Below, in pieces: positions 1 to 8,020 of a DNA stretch of 38,838 bases; position 1 is the stretch's first letter, and every line of letters starts with the position of its first letter. The notes under the pieces were generated by a model. It searched no databases and was not told the DNA's origin. It saw nothing but the letters and a program-made list of their open reading frames with translations. Source of the stretch: a virus. Taxonomy: Duplodnaviria > Caudoviricetes. The translations under genes and the position numbers were made by a program. Location: IMG/VR virus record IMGVR_UViG_3300031949_000098, positions 1-38,838 of that record; one strand, written 5' to 3'.

Positions 1-2
1 AA

Positions 3-431
3 GGAGTCCTGGTCCTCCACAAGTGCGACGAACCGTTGTGCGTTCGCCCCGAGCATCTGTTCCTAGGTTCACACTCCGACAACAGCCGAGATGCCTTCAC
101 CAAAGGACGAAGAACTCAGCCGAACCATGGCCAACTCATAGGGGAACGCAATGGGCGAGCAAAGTTGACGGCTGACCAGGTGCGGGCGGTGCACGCGAGC
201 AAGAACTCCGGCCGGAAACTCGCAAGGGAATTAGGAGTCACAGCAGGCGCCATCCACCACATTCGTCAGGGCCGAAGTTGGCGTCATTTGCTGAAGGGGA
301 AGTTTCCAGCCCAGGGCGTCCTAGAATACGCCCTGGTGATCCTGCTGGTCGCCCTGGCCGTGATCGTGATGATGGCGGTCTTCGGCGCCACGGTAGGCAA
401 TATGTTCAGCACGATCGTCGGCAGTTTCTAG
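3..431 (+). CDS. HNH endonuclease (5'-truncated) with HTH, fused to a C-terminal Flp/Fap pilin-like segment
   Basis: Frame is open from nt 3: VLHKCDEPLCVRPEHLFLGSHSDN (HNH_3-type), then GERNGRAKLT...LARELGV...I..GRSW (HTH), then PAQGVLEYALVILLVALAVIVMMAVFGATVGNMFSTIVGSF (Flp motif xQGxxEY plus hydrophobic helix). Confidence 0.85.
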   Translation, partial: GVLVLHKCDEPLCVRPEHLFLGSHSDNSRDAFTKGRRTQPNHGQLIGERNGRAKLTADQVRAVHASKNSGRKLARELGVTAGAIHHIRQGRSWRHLLKGKFPAQGVLEYALVILLVALAVIVMMAVFGATVGNMFSTIVGSF

Positions 432-458
432 GCCCGAACAAGGCCAAGGAGGAAGCCA

Positions 459-683
459 ATGGCTGACCTGTCGAAAATCCCCACGACCGAACTGCTCAAG
501 GACCTCGCCGACAGCGTCTTCGACATCTACCTGTCCGTGCTTGCGATGGGTGAGAACGGCGCCAATGCGGCCCTGCTGTCCGGCGGCCTGATCTCCGATC
601 GGGCCGGGAAGAACCTGCACTTCGGGAACGTCATCTGCGCCGAACTGCTGCGGCGGAACTACATGCCCCAGCCGACGGGCTGA
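459..683 (+). CDS. Hypothetical protein, 74 aa
   Basis: AAGGAGG RBS before ATG; GC3-rich codons. Confidence 0.8.
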   Translation: MADLSKIPTTELLKDLADSVFDIYLSVLAMGENGANAALLSGGLISDRAGKNLHFGNVICAELLRRNYMPQPTG

Positions 684-687
684 CGCA

Positions 688-864
688 ATGCCCTACATCA
701 AGCAGGCCCCCTCGAAGAAGCACGTCTGCAGCCCGCCGAACCCAGCGAAGGCCATCATCGGCCACGGCGTCGGCGCCGTCTGGCAATGCCCCCGATGCAG
801 GACGCGGTGGGTCCTCGTCGTCAGGGGTCGCGGGCCGGGCTGGGAGAAGGCGGTCAGGTCATGA
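688..864 (+). CDS. Small Cys/His protein, 58 aa (not in ORF track)
   Basis: Read by hand: MPYIKQAPSKKHVCSPP...WQCPRCRTRW...EKAVRS*; its stop overlaps the next ATG (ATGA at 861-864). Confidence 0.7.
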   Translation: MPYIKQAPSKKHVCSPPNPAKAIIGHGVGAVWQCPRCRTRWVLVVRGRGPGWEKAVRS

Positions 865-1085
865 ACCGCCGCCTCATCATCCCTGACTGGATTCGCTTCG
901 ATCGGATCGTCTGCCCGGCCTGCCAGACGGCGCAGCAGGCGGCCGTCACCTGGAAGAACGGAGATCCGTTCCCGACCTTCATCCACCGCTGCGTCGCCTG
1001 CGGCTACGTCATCATGGAAAGCGAGTGGCAGCCAGCCGCCCCGGCCGATCATCAGGCCCCGCCATTCTCCGAGGAGACCCCATGA
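861..1085 (+). CDS. Zinc-ribbon hypothetical protein
   Basis: MNRRLIIPDW... with CPAC and CVAC pairs; ATGA overlaps at both ends. Confidence 0.75.
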   Translation: MNRRLIIPDWIRFDRIVCPACQTAQQAAVTWKNGDPFPTFIHRCVACGYVIMESEWQPAAPADHQAPPFSEETP

Positions 1086-1288
1086 AACTCAAGCCCGAGC
1101 AGGTCGGCAGGATTGCCGCGACACTGCAGGTCAGGATCGCAGCCGACGCCTTCCCCAACGGCGGCGAGGTCGTCTGCTCCCTTTGCGGCACGCGCCAGAA
1201 GTTCACCAGGGACCAGGCCGCCGACTATCTGCGCCACGGATGGCCGCTCCATTGCGGGACGACGATGACGCTCGAGCGACTGCCATGA
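1082..1288 (+). CDS. Zinc-binding hypothetical protein
   Basis: GAGGAG RBS; CSLC...GWPLHCG; ATGA coupling. Confidence 0.75.
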   Translation: MKLKPEQVGRIAATLQVRIAADAFPNGGEVVCSLCGTRQKFTRDQAADYLRHGWPLHCGTTMTLERLP

Positions 1289-1722
1289 CCGACCAGTCGA
1301 TCCCGCCCTGCCAGCACCTGCGCCTGAAGCCCGACCTGTCGGCGACGACCAGCGTCATCGCCATCGAGACACACCTCTGGGGCGTGATCTGCGAAGGCTG
1401 CGGCGAGAAGTGGGACATCGGCCAGGTCCTGCAGGCGATCCCCGACTTGGCTGCGGCGCGGAGGAACCAGTGGATGACGCTGCCCAACGAGGACGGCGAA
1501 GGAGGCATGACCTGGCGGGCCTGGGCCGCCGACCTGGACATGCAACGGCTGGAGGCCGAAGACCGGGTTGCCGAAATGCAGCGCGAGATCATGTTCCTCC
1601 CACAGCCTCCACCCGAGGCAGGCGACGGTCCATTCGAACGGGTCCAGGCCACGCTCGAAACCCTGACCGCGCTGTACGGGAAGATCGCCGGGCTGGAAAA
1701 TCAGCAGGAGAAGACGCCATGA
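1285..1722 (+). CDS. Hypothetical protein (CxH/CxxC and coiled coil)
   Basis: MTDQSIPPCQH...CEGCGEKW; ATGA coupling at both ends. Confidence 0.75.
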   Translation: MTDQSIPPCQHLRLKPDLSATTSVIAIETHLWGVICEGCGEKWDIGQVLQAIPDLAAARRNQWMTLPNEDGEGGMTWRAWAADLDMQRLEAEDRVAEMQREIMFLPQPPPEAGDGPFERVQATLETLTALYGKIAGLENQQEKTP

Positions 1723-1961
1723 TCCTGACCGACGGCCTGCACCTGATCACGGATGACGGCCTGGACGAACTCCACCGCTTCGCCAGGCGGATCGGCCTGC
1801 GCCGGTCATGGTTTCAGGACCACCCCCGTCATCCGCACTACGACATGCTCAGCCCACGGGTCCGTGGCCGAGCGCTGATGAATGGGGCGCAGGTCGTCCC
1901 GACGAAGAAGATCATCGAGATCTTCCGCCGGGCCGACGCCCGGACGGAGGTGCTGCCATGA
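1719..1961 (+). CDS. DUF4031-family protein
   Basis: HLITDDGLDELHRFARRIGLRRSWFQDHPRHPHYD...RALMNGA matches the DUF4031 pattern as recalled. Confidence 0.8.
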   Translation: MILTDGLHLITDDGLDELHRFARRIGLRRSWFQDHPRHPHYDMLSPRVRGRALMNGAQVVPTKKIIEIFRRADARTEVLP

Positions 1962-2239
1962 CGATCCCCGTGCTGGGACGCTGGGCCGCCGGGATGAGCG
2001 AGGACGATCCGAACTACGGGTTCATCGGCGTCGAAGGCGGGTCGATCTGCTGGGTCGAAACCATGACGCCGGAGGAAGCCCGTCGGATCGTCAGCATCCA
2101 CAACCAGACGCTTGACCTGCTACTGAAGATCAGACGAGCGCTTATCGCCGTCCGGGCCTATGCCAGCAACAACACCGGCGAGAACTCGGCCGAGCGCAAG
2201 GCGGCGCTGGCCGACCTGCCGAAAGGATGGGACGTATGA
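1958..2239 (+). CDS. Hypothetical protein
   Basis: GGAGG RBS, ATGA overlap, start MTIPVLGRW. Confidence 0.7.
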   Translation: MTIPVLGRWAAGMSEDDPNYGFIGVEGGSICWVETMTPEEARRIVSIHNQTLDLLLKIRRALIAVRAYASNNTGENSAERKAALADLPKGWDV

Positions 2240-2655
2240 CGGCCTGCCAGTCATGCGGCGGACCTTTGCCCAAGCCGAAGGGGGGGCCTCCGAGGAAGTT
2301 CTGTTCCAAGGCTTGTGCGAACGCATGGCATAGGGTCTTGGTCTATGCCCGGAACCGTGAACGTATCAAGGCGAAGTCTCGGGAATACAGCCGCAGCCCA
2401 CAGGGAATGGAAGCACAGCGAAGGCGGGAAAGCCTCCCGACGCGGCAGGCGCATCAGAGGGCGATGAGCGTGGTCAATCACGCGGTCCGGGATCGAAAGA
2501 TCAGCAAGCCGAAGTCCTGCTCCCGATGCGGGAAGGTCGGACCCGTCCAGGGACACCACGAGAATTATGAAAGGCCGCTAGAGGTCAGATGGCTGTGTAG
2601 CGCGTGCCACGGCGCCATCACGAGGAAGGTGCCTCATGTTGCCACCGAGAGTTGA
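2236..2655 (+). CDS. HNH-like endonuclease with N-terminal Zn finger
   Basis: CQSC...RKFCSKAC followed by KPKSCSRCG...VQGHHENYERPLEVRWLCSACH, a common phage HNH pattern. Confidence 0.85.
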   Translation: MTACQSCGGPLPKPKGGPPRKFCSKACANAWHRVLVYARNRERIKAKSREYSRSPQGMEAQRRRESLPTRQAHQRAMSVVNHAVRDRKISKPKSCSRCGKVGPVQGHHENYERPLEVRWLCSACHGAITRKVPHVATES

Positions 2656-2851
2656 GCAATGTCGCTCCTGCAAGGCTGCAGTTGTTTGGGCGAAGATGCC
2701 GTCGGGCAAGTGGTCGATTTTCGATGCCAAGCCCGAGCGTCGGTTCATCCTGCGTCCAGGCCCCGACGGAGTCACGCAGGCCGAAGCGCAGCCGACCTTC
2801 CAGAGTCACTTCGCGACTTGCAAAGATGCCGCCGCCTGGAGAAGGACATGA
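2636..2851 (+). CDS. Phage Zn-finger protein
   Basis: CRSCKAAVVW...SGK...D...SHFATC pattern typical of small phage proteins. Confidence 0.8.
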   Translation: MLPPRVEQCRSCKAAVVWAKMPSGKWSIFDAKPERRFILRPGPDGVTQAEAQPTFQSHFATCKDAAAWRRT

Positions 2852-3237
2852 GGCGGAAGGGCTATCTCAAGCGGGCGAAGGCATTCGTCGGCCGCTGTTC
2901 GGAGTGCGGGAAGGTGCTGGCCGGGATCAGGCCCAACCGCTTCGATGGCGGTCGCAAACGCCGGTGCATCGGCTGCTACCGGAAGACAGTCACGGGAAGA
3001 ACACGCCACGGCGAAGGCTACATCCAGATCACGACCATCCCAGGACGGAAGGGGAAGAAAATCCTGGAGCATCGGCTCGTCATGGAGCGCATGATCGGCC
3101 GCAGCCTCCGCCCTGGCGAAGTCGTCCATCACATCAACGAAATCCGGGACGACAACCGACCCGAGAACCTGGAACTGTTCGCGAGCGTAGGCAGGCACAT
3201 CGCGGACAGGCATCCAAAACATCGGAGGCCGACATGA
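2848..3237 (+). CDS. HNH homing endonuclease (HNH_3-type)
   Basis: GYIQI...EHRLVMERMIGRSLRPGEVVHHINEIRDDNRPENLELF; N-terminal CxxC..CxxC. Confidence 0.9.
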   Translation: MRRKGYLKRAKAFVGRCSECGKVLAGIRPNRFDGGRKRRCIGCYRKTVTGRTRHGEGYIQITTIPGRKGKKILEHRLVMERMIGRSLRPGEVVHHINEIRDDNRPENLELFASVGRHIADRHPKHRRPT

Positions 3238-3422
3238 CGAAACGCAAAGCCAAGCCCGCACCGGAGATCCCTGGCCCGCCCGTCGTCGCCGAAGACCTGG
3301 CCGGGCCGATGGAGATCTGCCCAACCTGCGACGGGTTCGGTGGCGTCGCGCAGGAGGAAGTCTGGAAGGTCTGTTGGCGCTGCGATGGCGGCGGCCGGAT
3401 CAGGAAGGCGGTGCAGCCATGA
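3234..3422 (+). CDS. Small DnaJ-type Zn-finger protein
   Basis: CPTCDGFG...CWRCDGGG (two CxxCxGxG); GGAGG RBS. Confidence 0.75.
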   Translation: MTKRKAKPAPEIPGPPVVAEDLAGPMEICPTCDGFGGVAQEEVWKVCWRCDGGGRIRKAVQP

Positions 3423-3619
3423 CACGCGACGAATACAACGCCCTGCCATCCGACGGCCGGGAAGCCTGCCCGGACTGCGGCCTGCGCCAGACCAACCCCT
3501 ACCCCGGCTGCGGATGCCCGACGGAGATCACGCCGCAGGGGTTCAACGTCACCAGGCACATCAACGCCTGGCATCACGATTGCTCATTCGCTAGGTTGAC
3601 GAAGGGCATCCTCCGATGA
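3419..3619 (+). CDS. Cys-rich hypothetical protein
   Basis: MTRDEYNALP...CPDCG...GCGC...HHDC; ATGA coupling. Confidence 0.7.
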   Translation: MTRDEYNALPSDGREACPDCGLRQTNPYPGCGCPTEITPQGFNVTRHINAWHHDCSFARLTKGILR

Positions 3620-3837
3620 CCGACGCACTACGGGCGACGGCCGTCCCAGGCGGCGTGACTCACTTCTGGCGGGTGGGGTACCGAGGGGCCAATGCGATCG
3701 AGGCCGGATGGACCGGGACGCTCTGCGGCCTGCAGCGCCCGCCGCGTATCCTGCCCTGGGCCGTCGGCGCCTGGCCGCGCGACTGCAAGCGGTGCGTCCG
3801 GGTCCGGGACGCCAAGCCGAAAGGAGAGAAGCCATGA
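3616..3837 (+). CDS. Hypothetical Zn-binding protein
   Basis: VTH...TLCG...DCKRC; ATGA coupling. Confidence 0.7.
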   Translation: MTDALRATAVPGGVTHFWRVGYRGANAIEAGWTGTLCGLQRPPRILPWAVGAWPRDCKRCVRVRDAKPKGEKP

Positions 3838-3944
3838 AACTCGGCCGAACGATCATCATCGTCGTCATCGCGCTGATCCCCCTGCTGTTGGGCGTCAGCC
3901 TCATTCTGTGGATCGTGTTCATCAAGTGGGCGGCAGCCTTCTGA
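3834..3944 (+). CDS. Small single-pass membrane protein, 36 aa
   Basis: AAGGAG RBS; MKLGRTIIIVVIALIPLLLGVSLILWIVFIKWAAAF. Confidence 0.7.
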   Translation: MKLGRTIIIVVIALIPLLLGVSLILWIVFIKWAAAF

Positions 3945-3957
3945 AAGGAGAGTGACG

Positions 3958-4281
3958 ATGTACGGCGACAGCGGGTTCGATCGGTTCCTTGAATGGCAGT
4001 ACCAGTTCACCGGCGACTTCTACACCCACCTGTTCCGGGCGATCGCCCAGGCCGACGATCAGAACCTGGAGCGGCTGGCGAAGGGGTTCCCGGAGGAGGT
4101 CGAGGCGCACGTCACCTGGACAGTCCAGGGCGTTGGCCCCTTCGTCCAGGGCGTGACGAAGGGCCATCCGCTGCTGATGCACCTGCTGCGTGATCACGGC
4201 GGCAATCCGGCGGTCCGGCTGGCGATGGGCGACAAACTGCCGGAGGGCTACAAGATCGATCAGGGAGATCGGCTGCCATGA
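3958..4281 (+). CDS. Conserved phage hypothetical protein
   Basis: AAGGAG RBS 7 nt before ATG 3958; GDF...LFRAIAQADDQNLERLAKGFPE pattern. Confidence 0.8.
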   Translation: MYGDSGFDRFLEWQYQFTGDFYTHLFRAIAQADDQNLERLAKGFPEEVEAHVTWTVQGVGPFVQGVTKGHPLLMHLLRDHGGNPAVRLAMGDKLPEGYKIDQGDRLP

Positions 4282-4499
4282 ACCCCGGCGAAGTGGTGCT
4301 GGCCCACAACATCAACCGCATCCTCCGCCAGGACGACGACGGGAAGCCGATCATGACGGGCCAGTACGTCGCCCCGAGAGGCGAGGACTTCGTATTCGTT
4401 CTGTTGGGGTCCGCGCCGCGCAAGGGAGCGGCGCCGGATGGCAAGCCGTTCAACGTCGACGAGGCTATGGAGCGGCTGGGTTGGCGGCGGCCGAAATGA
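4278..4499 (+). CDS. Hypothetical protein, 73 aa
   Basis: ATGA coupling, GC3-rich codons. Confidence 0.7.
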   Translation: MNPGEVVLAHNINRILRQDDDGKPIMTGQYVAPRGEDFVFVLLGSAPRKGAAPDGKPFNVDEAMERLGWRRPK

Positions 4500-5287
4500 C
4501 CGACCCGGATCACGCCCTGGCCGAACTCAGCCGCGCCGAACGGGCGCTGGCGCGGGCCGTCGACGTCGTCGATCTACTGGACCTGGCGCGCGGCGCCGAG
4601 ATCCTGCAGGCCATGATCCGGGCGCTGGATGCCGGCTTCGAACTCGAGCAGCGGGCCTCGATCTTCCGGCTGCGGGCCGAGCGCAAGTTGGGCGGGTGGC
4701 TGCGGGACAACGTCCGGGCAGGCAACCCGCAATGGTCGGAGGCAGAGACAATACGCCTGGGCGACTATGGGATCACCCGCAGTCAGTCGAGTCGATGGCA
4801 GTCGTTCGCCGGGCTGACCGACGAGCGGTTCCACGCCTACCTGGACGACTGCTTGGCGAAGGGCTGGGACGTCACGGCGGCCGGACTCCTGCGCTATGCT
4901 GACGCCGTGAATGGGAAGATCCCGGCCGACGGCATCCCGCCCTACCTGATCCTGCTGCCGCGCAAGGGCCAATGCGCCCTGCAGGGTTTCCTCGTCAAGT
5001 GCGACGGGCCGCTGACCGGCCAGCACATTCTCAACAAGAGCAAGGCTCGAGGGAACGAAGAAGTTCGGGCGATCCTGGTCGCATGCCCGGACGAAGTGAT
5101 GGCCCAAGTTTGCTACCACCACAACACGAGTCGATTTGCCGACGCTCCCTACGCCCGCAGAATTCTTCTTCTCCAGAAGATCTACCTGTATGGCTGGGCA
5201 CATATGAAGGCCTTCTTCGATGATCTGCCCTGGAAGGTCCGACACCCGGAATTGACACTTGAAGGGATGCTCGATGCACAAGACTGA
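4496..5287 (+). CDS. Two-domain protein: helical DNA-binding-like N-terminus plus degenerate HNH/Zn C-terminus
   Basis: RLRAERKLG...LGDYGITRSQSSRWQ resembles the N-terminal module of many phage DNA methyltransferases; C-terminus C..C..GQHI...VCYHHN. Confidence 0.65.
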   Translation: MTDPDHALAELSRAERALARAVDVVDLLDLARGAEILQAMIRALDAGFELEQRASIFRLRAERKLGGWLRDNVRAGNPQWSEAETIRLGDYGITRSQSSRWQSFAGLTDERFHAYLDDCLAKGWDVTAAGLLRYADAVNGKIPADGIPPYLILLPRKGQCALQGFLVKCDGPLTGQHILNKSKARGNEEVRAILVACPDEVMAQVCYHHNTSRFADAPYARRILLLQKIYLYGWAHMKAFFDDLPWKVRHPELTLEGMLDAQD

Positions 5288-5738
5288 CGTCGCATGGCTG
5301 GCCGGACTGCTCGAAGGCGAAGGCAGTTTCGGCCGGAAGAACGGAGTCCCGGACGTCAACCTCGGAATGATGGATCGGGACATCGTCGACAGGGCCGGGG
5401 CGCTGCTCGGACTGAGAACCTATTCTGACAAGACGCCAGCAGGGAAGCCATTTTGGAGACTGCGAACGTCAGGCCGCTATGCCGCCCACCTGATGCGCCT
5501 GTTCCGTCCCTTCCTGGGACAACGAAGGCAGGGACAGATCGACACCGCCTTGGCTGACTGGACCGGAGGCTATCTGTCCGCGCCGTTTCGGCGTCGCCTG
5601 CCGCAGTCCGAGGTTCTACTGGTGCATCAACTCGTCGGCATGGGCCTGAACTACAGCCAGGTCAGCCGCCAAATGCGCCGGGATCAATCCACCGTTTCAC
5701 GGATCGCCAGGGGAAGAACCCATGCCAACAAACTATGA
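5274..5738 (+). CDS. LAGLIDADG homing endonuclease with C-terminal HTH
   Basis: AWLAGLLEGEGSF...LGMMDRDIV...LFRPFLGQRRQGQI; NYSQVSRQMRRDQSTVSRIARG. Confidence 0.88.
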   Translation: MHKTDVAWLAGLLEGEGSFGRKNGVPDVNLGMMDRDIVDRAGALLGLRTYSDKTPAGKPFWRLRTSGRYAAHLMRLFRPFLGQRRQGQIDTALADWTGGYLSAPFRRRLPQSEVLLVHQLVGMGLNYSQVSRQMRRDQSTVSRIARGRTHANKL

Positions 5739-6021
5739 CCGCGGTCGGCGCCACGAAGACCGGGCCGCCCAGCATCTGCGCGAGAACGGCTATGTCGCCC
5801 AGCGGATCGCCGGGTCGCATGGCGCCTTCGACGTTGTAGCCGTCAACGCCACGGAAGTCCGATTGGTCCAGATCAAGGCCCAAGGTGCAGCAACCGAACG
5901 GGACCGCGAGGAACTCAAGGCGTTCGGCCGTCGGGTCCCGCCCTGCGTGAAGATCGAACTGTGGGAGCGCAGGCGCGGAGGGTGGATTGTGGAGGTCTTG
6001 AACAGCCCATCAGGCGAGTAG
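5722..6021 (+). CDS. Holliday junction resolvase, Hjc-like PD-(D/E)XK
   Basis: YDRGRRHE...LRENGY...RIAGSHGAFDVVA...RLVQIK. Confidence 0.82.
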   Translation: MPTNYDRGRRHEDRAAQHLRENGYVAQRIAGSHGAFDVVAVNATEVRLVQIKAQGAATERDREELKAFGRRVPPCVKIELWERRRGGWIVEVLNSPSGE

Positions 6022-6040
6022 CGGTATAATTGTACAAGCC

Positions 6041-6709
6041 GTGAATGCTCCCAAAGCCGCCAGGACGCCCCGCTGGGTCCGTCAGATACCGGAGGGCCTG
6101 CGAACCGAAGTAAAGGGCCGCAAGGGGCTCCTGTGCGTTTACTGCGGGGGCGAGGGAAAGGCCCTCGACCACGTCCACCCCTGGTCGCATCGTCCTGAGC
6201 ATGACTTCGAGAACCTGGTGCCGTCCTGCGGACGCTGCAACTCGATCGCAGGCAACAGGGTCTTCGCATCCTTCCCAGAGAAGCAAGCCTTCATCCGACA
6301 GCGACGACAAGAACTAGGTCTACCGCTCGAGCAGCCAGACGAGAGCGATCTGAAGATCCCCGTCCTATATGGCAATCAGAAGGACCCGCCCATAGCGGCT
6401 CGGCTTGAGAGCGAATCCGGCAAGGTCCAGAGGACACTCCTACGGCTGCACAGACGCGGAGTTAGTTGGAAGCAAATCGGAATTCTCTATGCCGTCGATC
6501 AGGCGACGGCTTGGCGTGTCGCAGCAGGGCGTCTACCGCATAGTAAGCAAGCCCTGATGGCCCTAGAACTGCCTCCCCGCATCGACGCCGACACGCAGCA
6601 CCTCGAGGTTTCGTCCTGCGTCAATCGCGAGTGTCAAAAGCCCTTCATCAGCAACCACCCGCAGCGCCGCAGATGCTTCGAATGCAGCCCCCCGAGGCGG
6701 CATCGCTGA
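6041..6709 (+). CDS. HNH endonuclease fused to HTH and Zn-finger
   Basis: CVYCGGEGKALDHVHP...NLVPSCGRCN; SWKQIGILYAVDQATAWRVA; CVNRECQKPF...CFEC. Confidence 0.85.
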   Translation: MNAPKAARTPRWVRQIPEGLRTEVKGRKGLLCVYCGGEGKALDHVHPWSHRPEHDFENLVPSCGRCNSIAGNRVFASFPEKQAFIRQRRQELGLPLEQPDESDLKIPVLYGNQKDPPIAARLESESGKVQRTLLRLHRRGVSWKQIGILYAVDQATAWRVAAGRLPHSKQALMALELPPRIDADTQHLEVSSCVNRECQKPFISNHPQRRRCFECSPPRRHR

Positions 6710-6840
6710 ATACCGACTGGCTGGCCCTGTGCGCGGTCGGTTTCCAGGTCCTGATCCTGCCCGTGGCCCTGGCGCTGCGGCTGGCCGATCCGCTCATGGA
6801 CATCCTGGAGATCGTGGGCGATTGGTGGATGGGACTATGA
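6706..6840 (+). CDS. Small membrane protein, probable CTG start
   Basis: Hydrophobic 44-aa frame with strongly GC3 codons; GAGG upstream and CTGA overlap with the preceding stop. Confidence 0.45.
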   Translation: MNTDWLALCAVGFQVLILPVALALRLADPLMDILEIVGDWWMGL

Positions 6841-6843
6841 ATC

Positions 6844-6876
6844 GGACGGGCCTGCGATGGCAACGCAGGCCCGTCC
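6844..6876. terminator. Hairpin between converging operons (likely bidirectional terminator)
   Basis: Perfect 13-bp inverted repeat GGACGGGCCTGCG-atggcaa-CGCAGGCCCGTCC; no long U-tract. Confidence 0.7.
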
Positions 6877-6901
6877 TCTGCCGGAGGAGAGAAGATGTCG
6901 C

Positions 6902-7264
6902 TCAGGAAATCGGCGTGCGCTTCGGAGCGAGCAATCCCAACACGCGGGCCTTGAACACGCGCTTGTCAATCCCGCCGAGTACCGGCTGCACCCACTTATC
7001 GTAATAGACCTGGGCGCCCGATGACACGACGCCCGCAAATGCCAGGACGGCGCCGATCGCCAGCACCGGGTCTTCGCCGAACACAGGCAACGGCACGGGA
7101 TTCAGATAGATCGTCGCTCCAACGGATGCCCCGTAGACAATCCATTGCAACGCGCCCTTGCTCGGTTTCTTGCCGCCGAACAGGCCCACCCCAATGGTGA
7201 TGATCTGCGTCAGCAGCGCGGGCACGAACGGAAGCAGCGCCAGAAAGATCAATTTCGGGTCCAT
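6902..7264 (-). CDS. Nested in-frame holin-like protein, 120 aa
   Basis: AAGGAGG-ataatgct-ATG at 7264, in frame with 6902..8020; MDPKLIFLALLPF... multi-TM with basic C-tail. Confidence 0.65.
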   Translation of the reverse strand: MDPKLIFLALLPFVPALLTQIITIGVGLFGGKKPSKGALQWIVYGASVGATIYLNPVPLPVFGEDPVLAIGAVLAFAGVVSSGAQVYYDKWVQPVLGGIDKRVFKARVLGLLAPKRTPIS

Positions 7265-8020
7265 AGCATTATCCTCCTTGGGGATAACCGTACTCTCGAT
7301 TTCAGCCACAGGCAATGGGGAGACCGTGGGCCAAGGCAGGTCGGTAGGGGTTGGGACCTGCGTCGGGCTTGGCGTGGCTGTGCCGGGCAGCATGCCAGGG
7401 AACCACTCGAAGGATAGGGCATTGGCCGCGTACCATTCCCACAGGGGCGGGATGCGGTCGACCATCACGTCCCCGCCGTTGGCCGGGATCTTCACTAAGA
7501 CGTAGCCGATCGCCGGGGTTCCCCATTCCTGCGCCGTTTCGTAGTCGATCTCCACGGCCAGATGACCGACCATGATGTTGTAGTAGATGCCATGTTGGCC
7601 GGAACAGTCGGCGATCGTGAACGGTCCTTGCCAGCCGGACCCGTCGAGCCGGTCGATGAACGCCTTCTTCCCTATGTCCCCGCAGCCCATGACGGCGACC
7701 GCCCCGTTGTTGCAGCCCAGGCGCCGGTTACTGCACACCCGCTCCATCACGCCTTTGGCGTAGGACGACATGCCGCCGCCGAACAGGCCGGGGTTCTTGA
7801 AGTGGCTCGACTCCCACGTCTCGGAACCTGGCACGCAGAACCCGTGGACGTCGATGTACCCGTTTTCCTGGATCTCGTCCTCGCAGTTGATGGGCCAAGG
7901 GACGACGACGATCGGCGTCGGGACGGCGACGGTCGGGGTTGGGGGCGGCGGTTGGAAGTCGGCCCCGGCCTGGATCAGCGCCAGGCCCAGGGCCATAGCG
8001 AGGCCGCTCAGGTATCTCAA
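6902..8020 (-). CDS. Secreted RlpA/DPBB-like (possible lytic transglycosylase-like) protein with P/T linker and C-terminal membrane (holin-like) domain
   Basis: Signal peptide MRYLSGLAMALGLALIQAGA; AVAVMGCGDIGKKAFI...GPFTIADCS...AVEIDYETAQEW; P/T-rich linker; about three hydrophobic segments at the C-terminus. Confidence 0.6.
   Translation of the reverse strand: MRYLSGLAMALGLALIQAGADFQPPPPTPTVAVPTPIVVVPWPINCEDEIQENGYIDVHGFCVPGSETWESSHFKNPGLFGGGMSSYAKGVMERVCSNRRLGCNNGAVAVMGCGDIGKKAFIDRLDGSGWQGPFTIADCSGQHGIYYNIMVGHLAVEIDYETAQEWGTPAIGYVLVKIPANGGDVMVDRIPPLWEWYAANALSFEWFPGMLPGTATPSPTQVPTPTDLPWPTVSPLPVAEIESTVIPKEDNAMDPKLIFLALLPFVPALLTQIITIGVGLFGGKKPSKGALQWIVYGASVGATIYLNPVPLPVFGEDPVLAIGAVLAFAGVVSSGAQVYYDKWVQPVLGGIDKRVFKARVLGLLAPKRTPIS

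Noticed and set aside
6025-6030. TATAAT before the HNH gene at 6041
   Set aside because: The nearest -35-like hexamer (TTGAAC) is 21 nt away and there is no TGn extension; plausible but not supported enough to call
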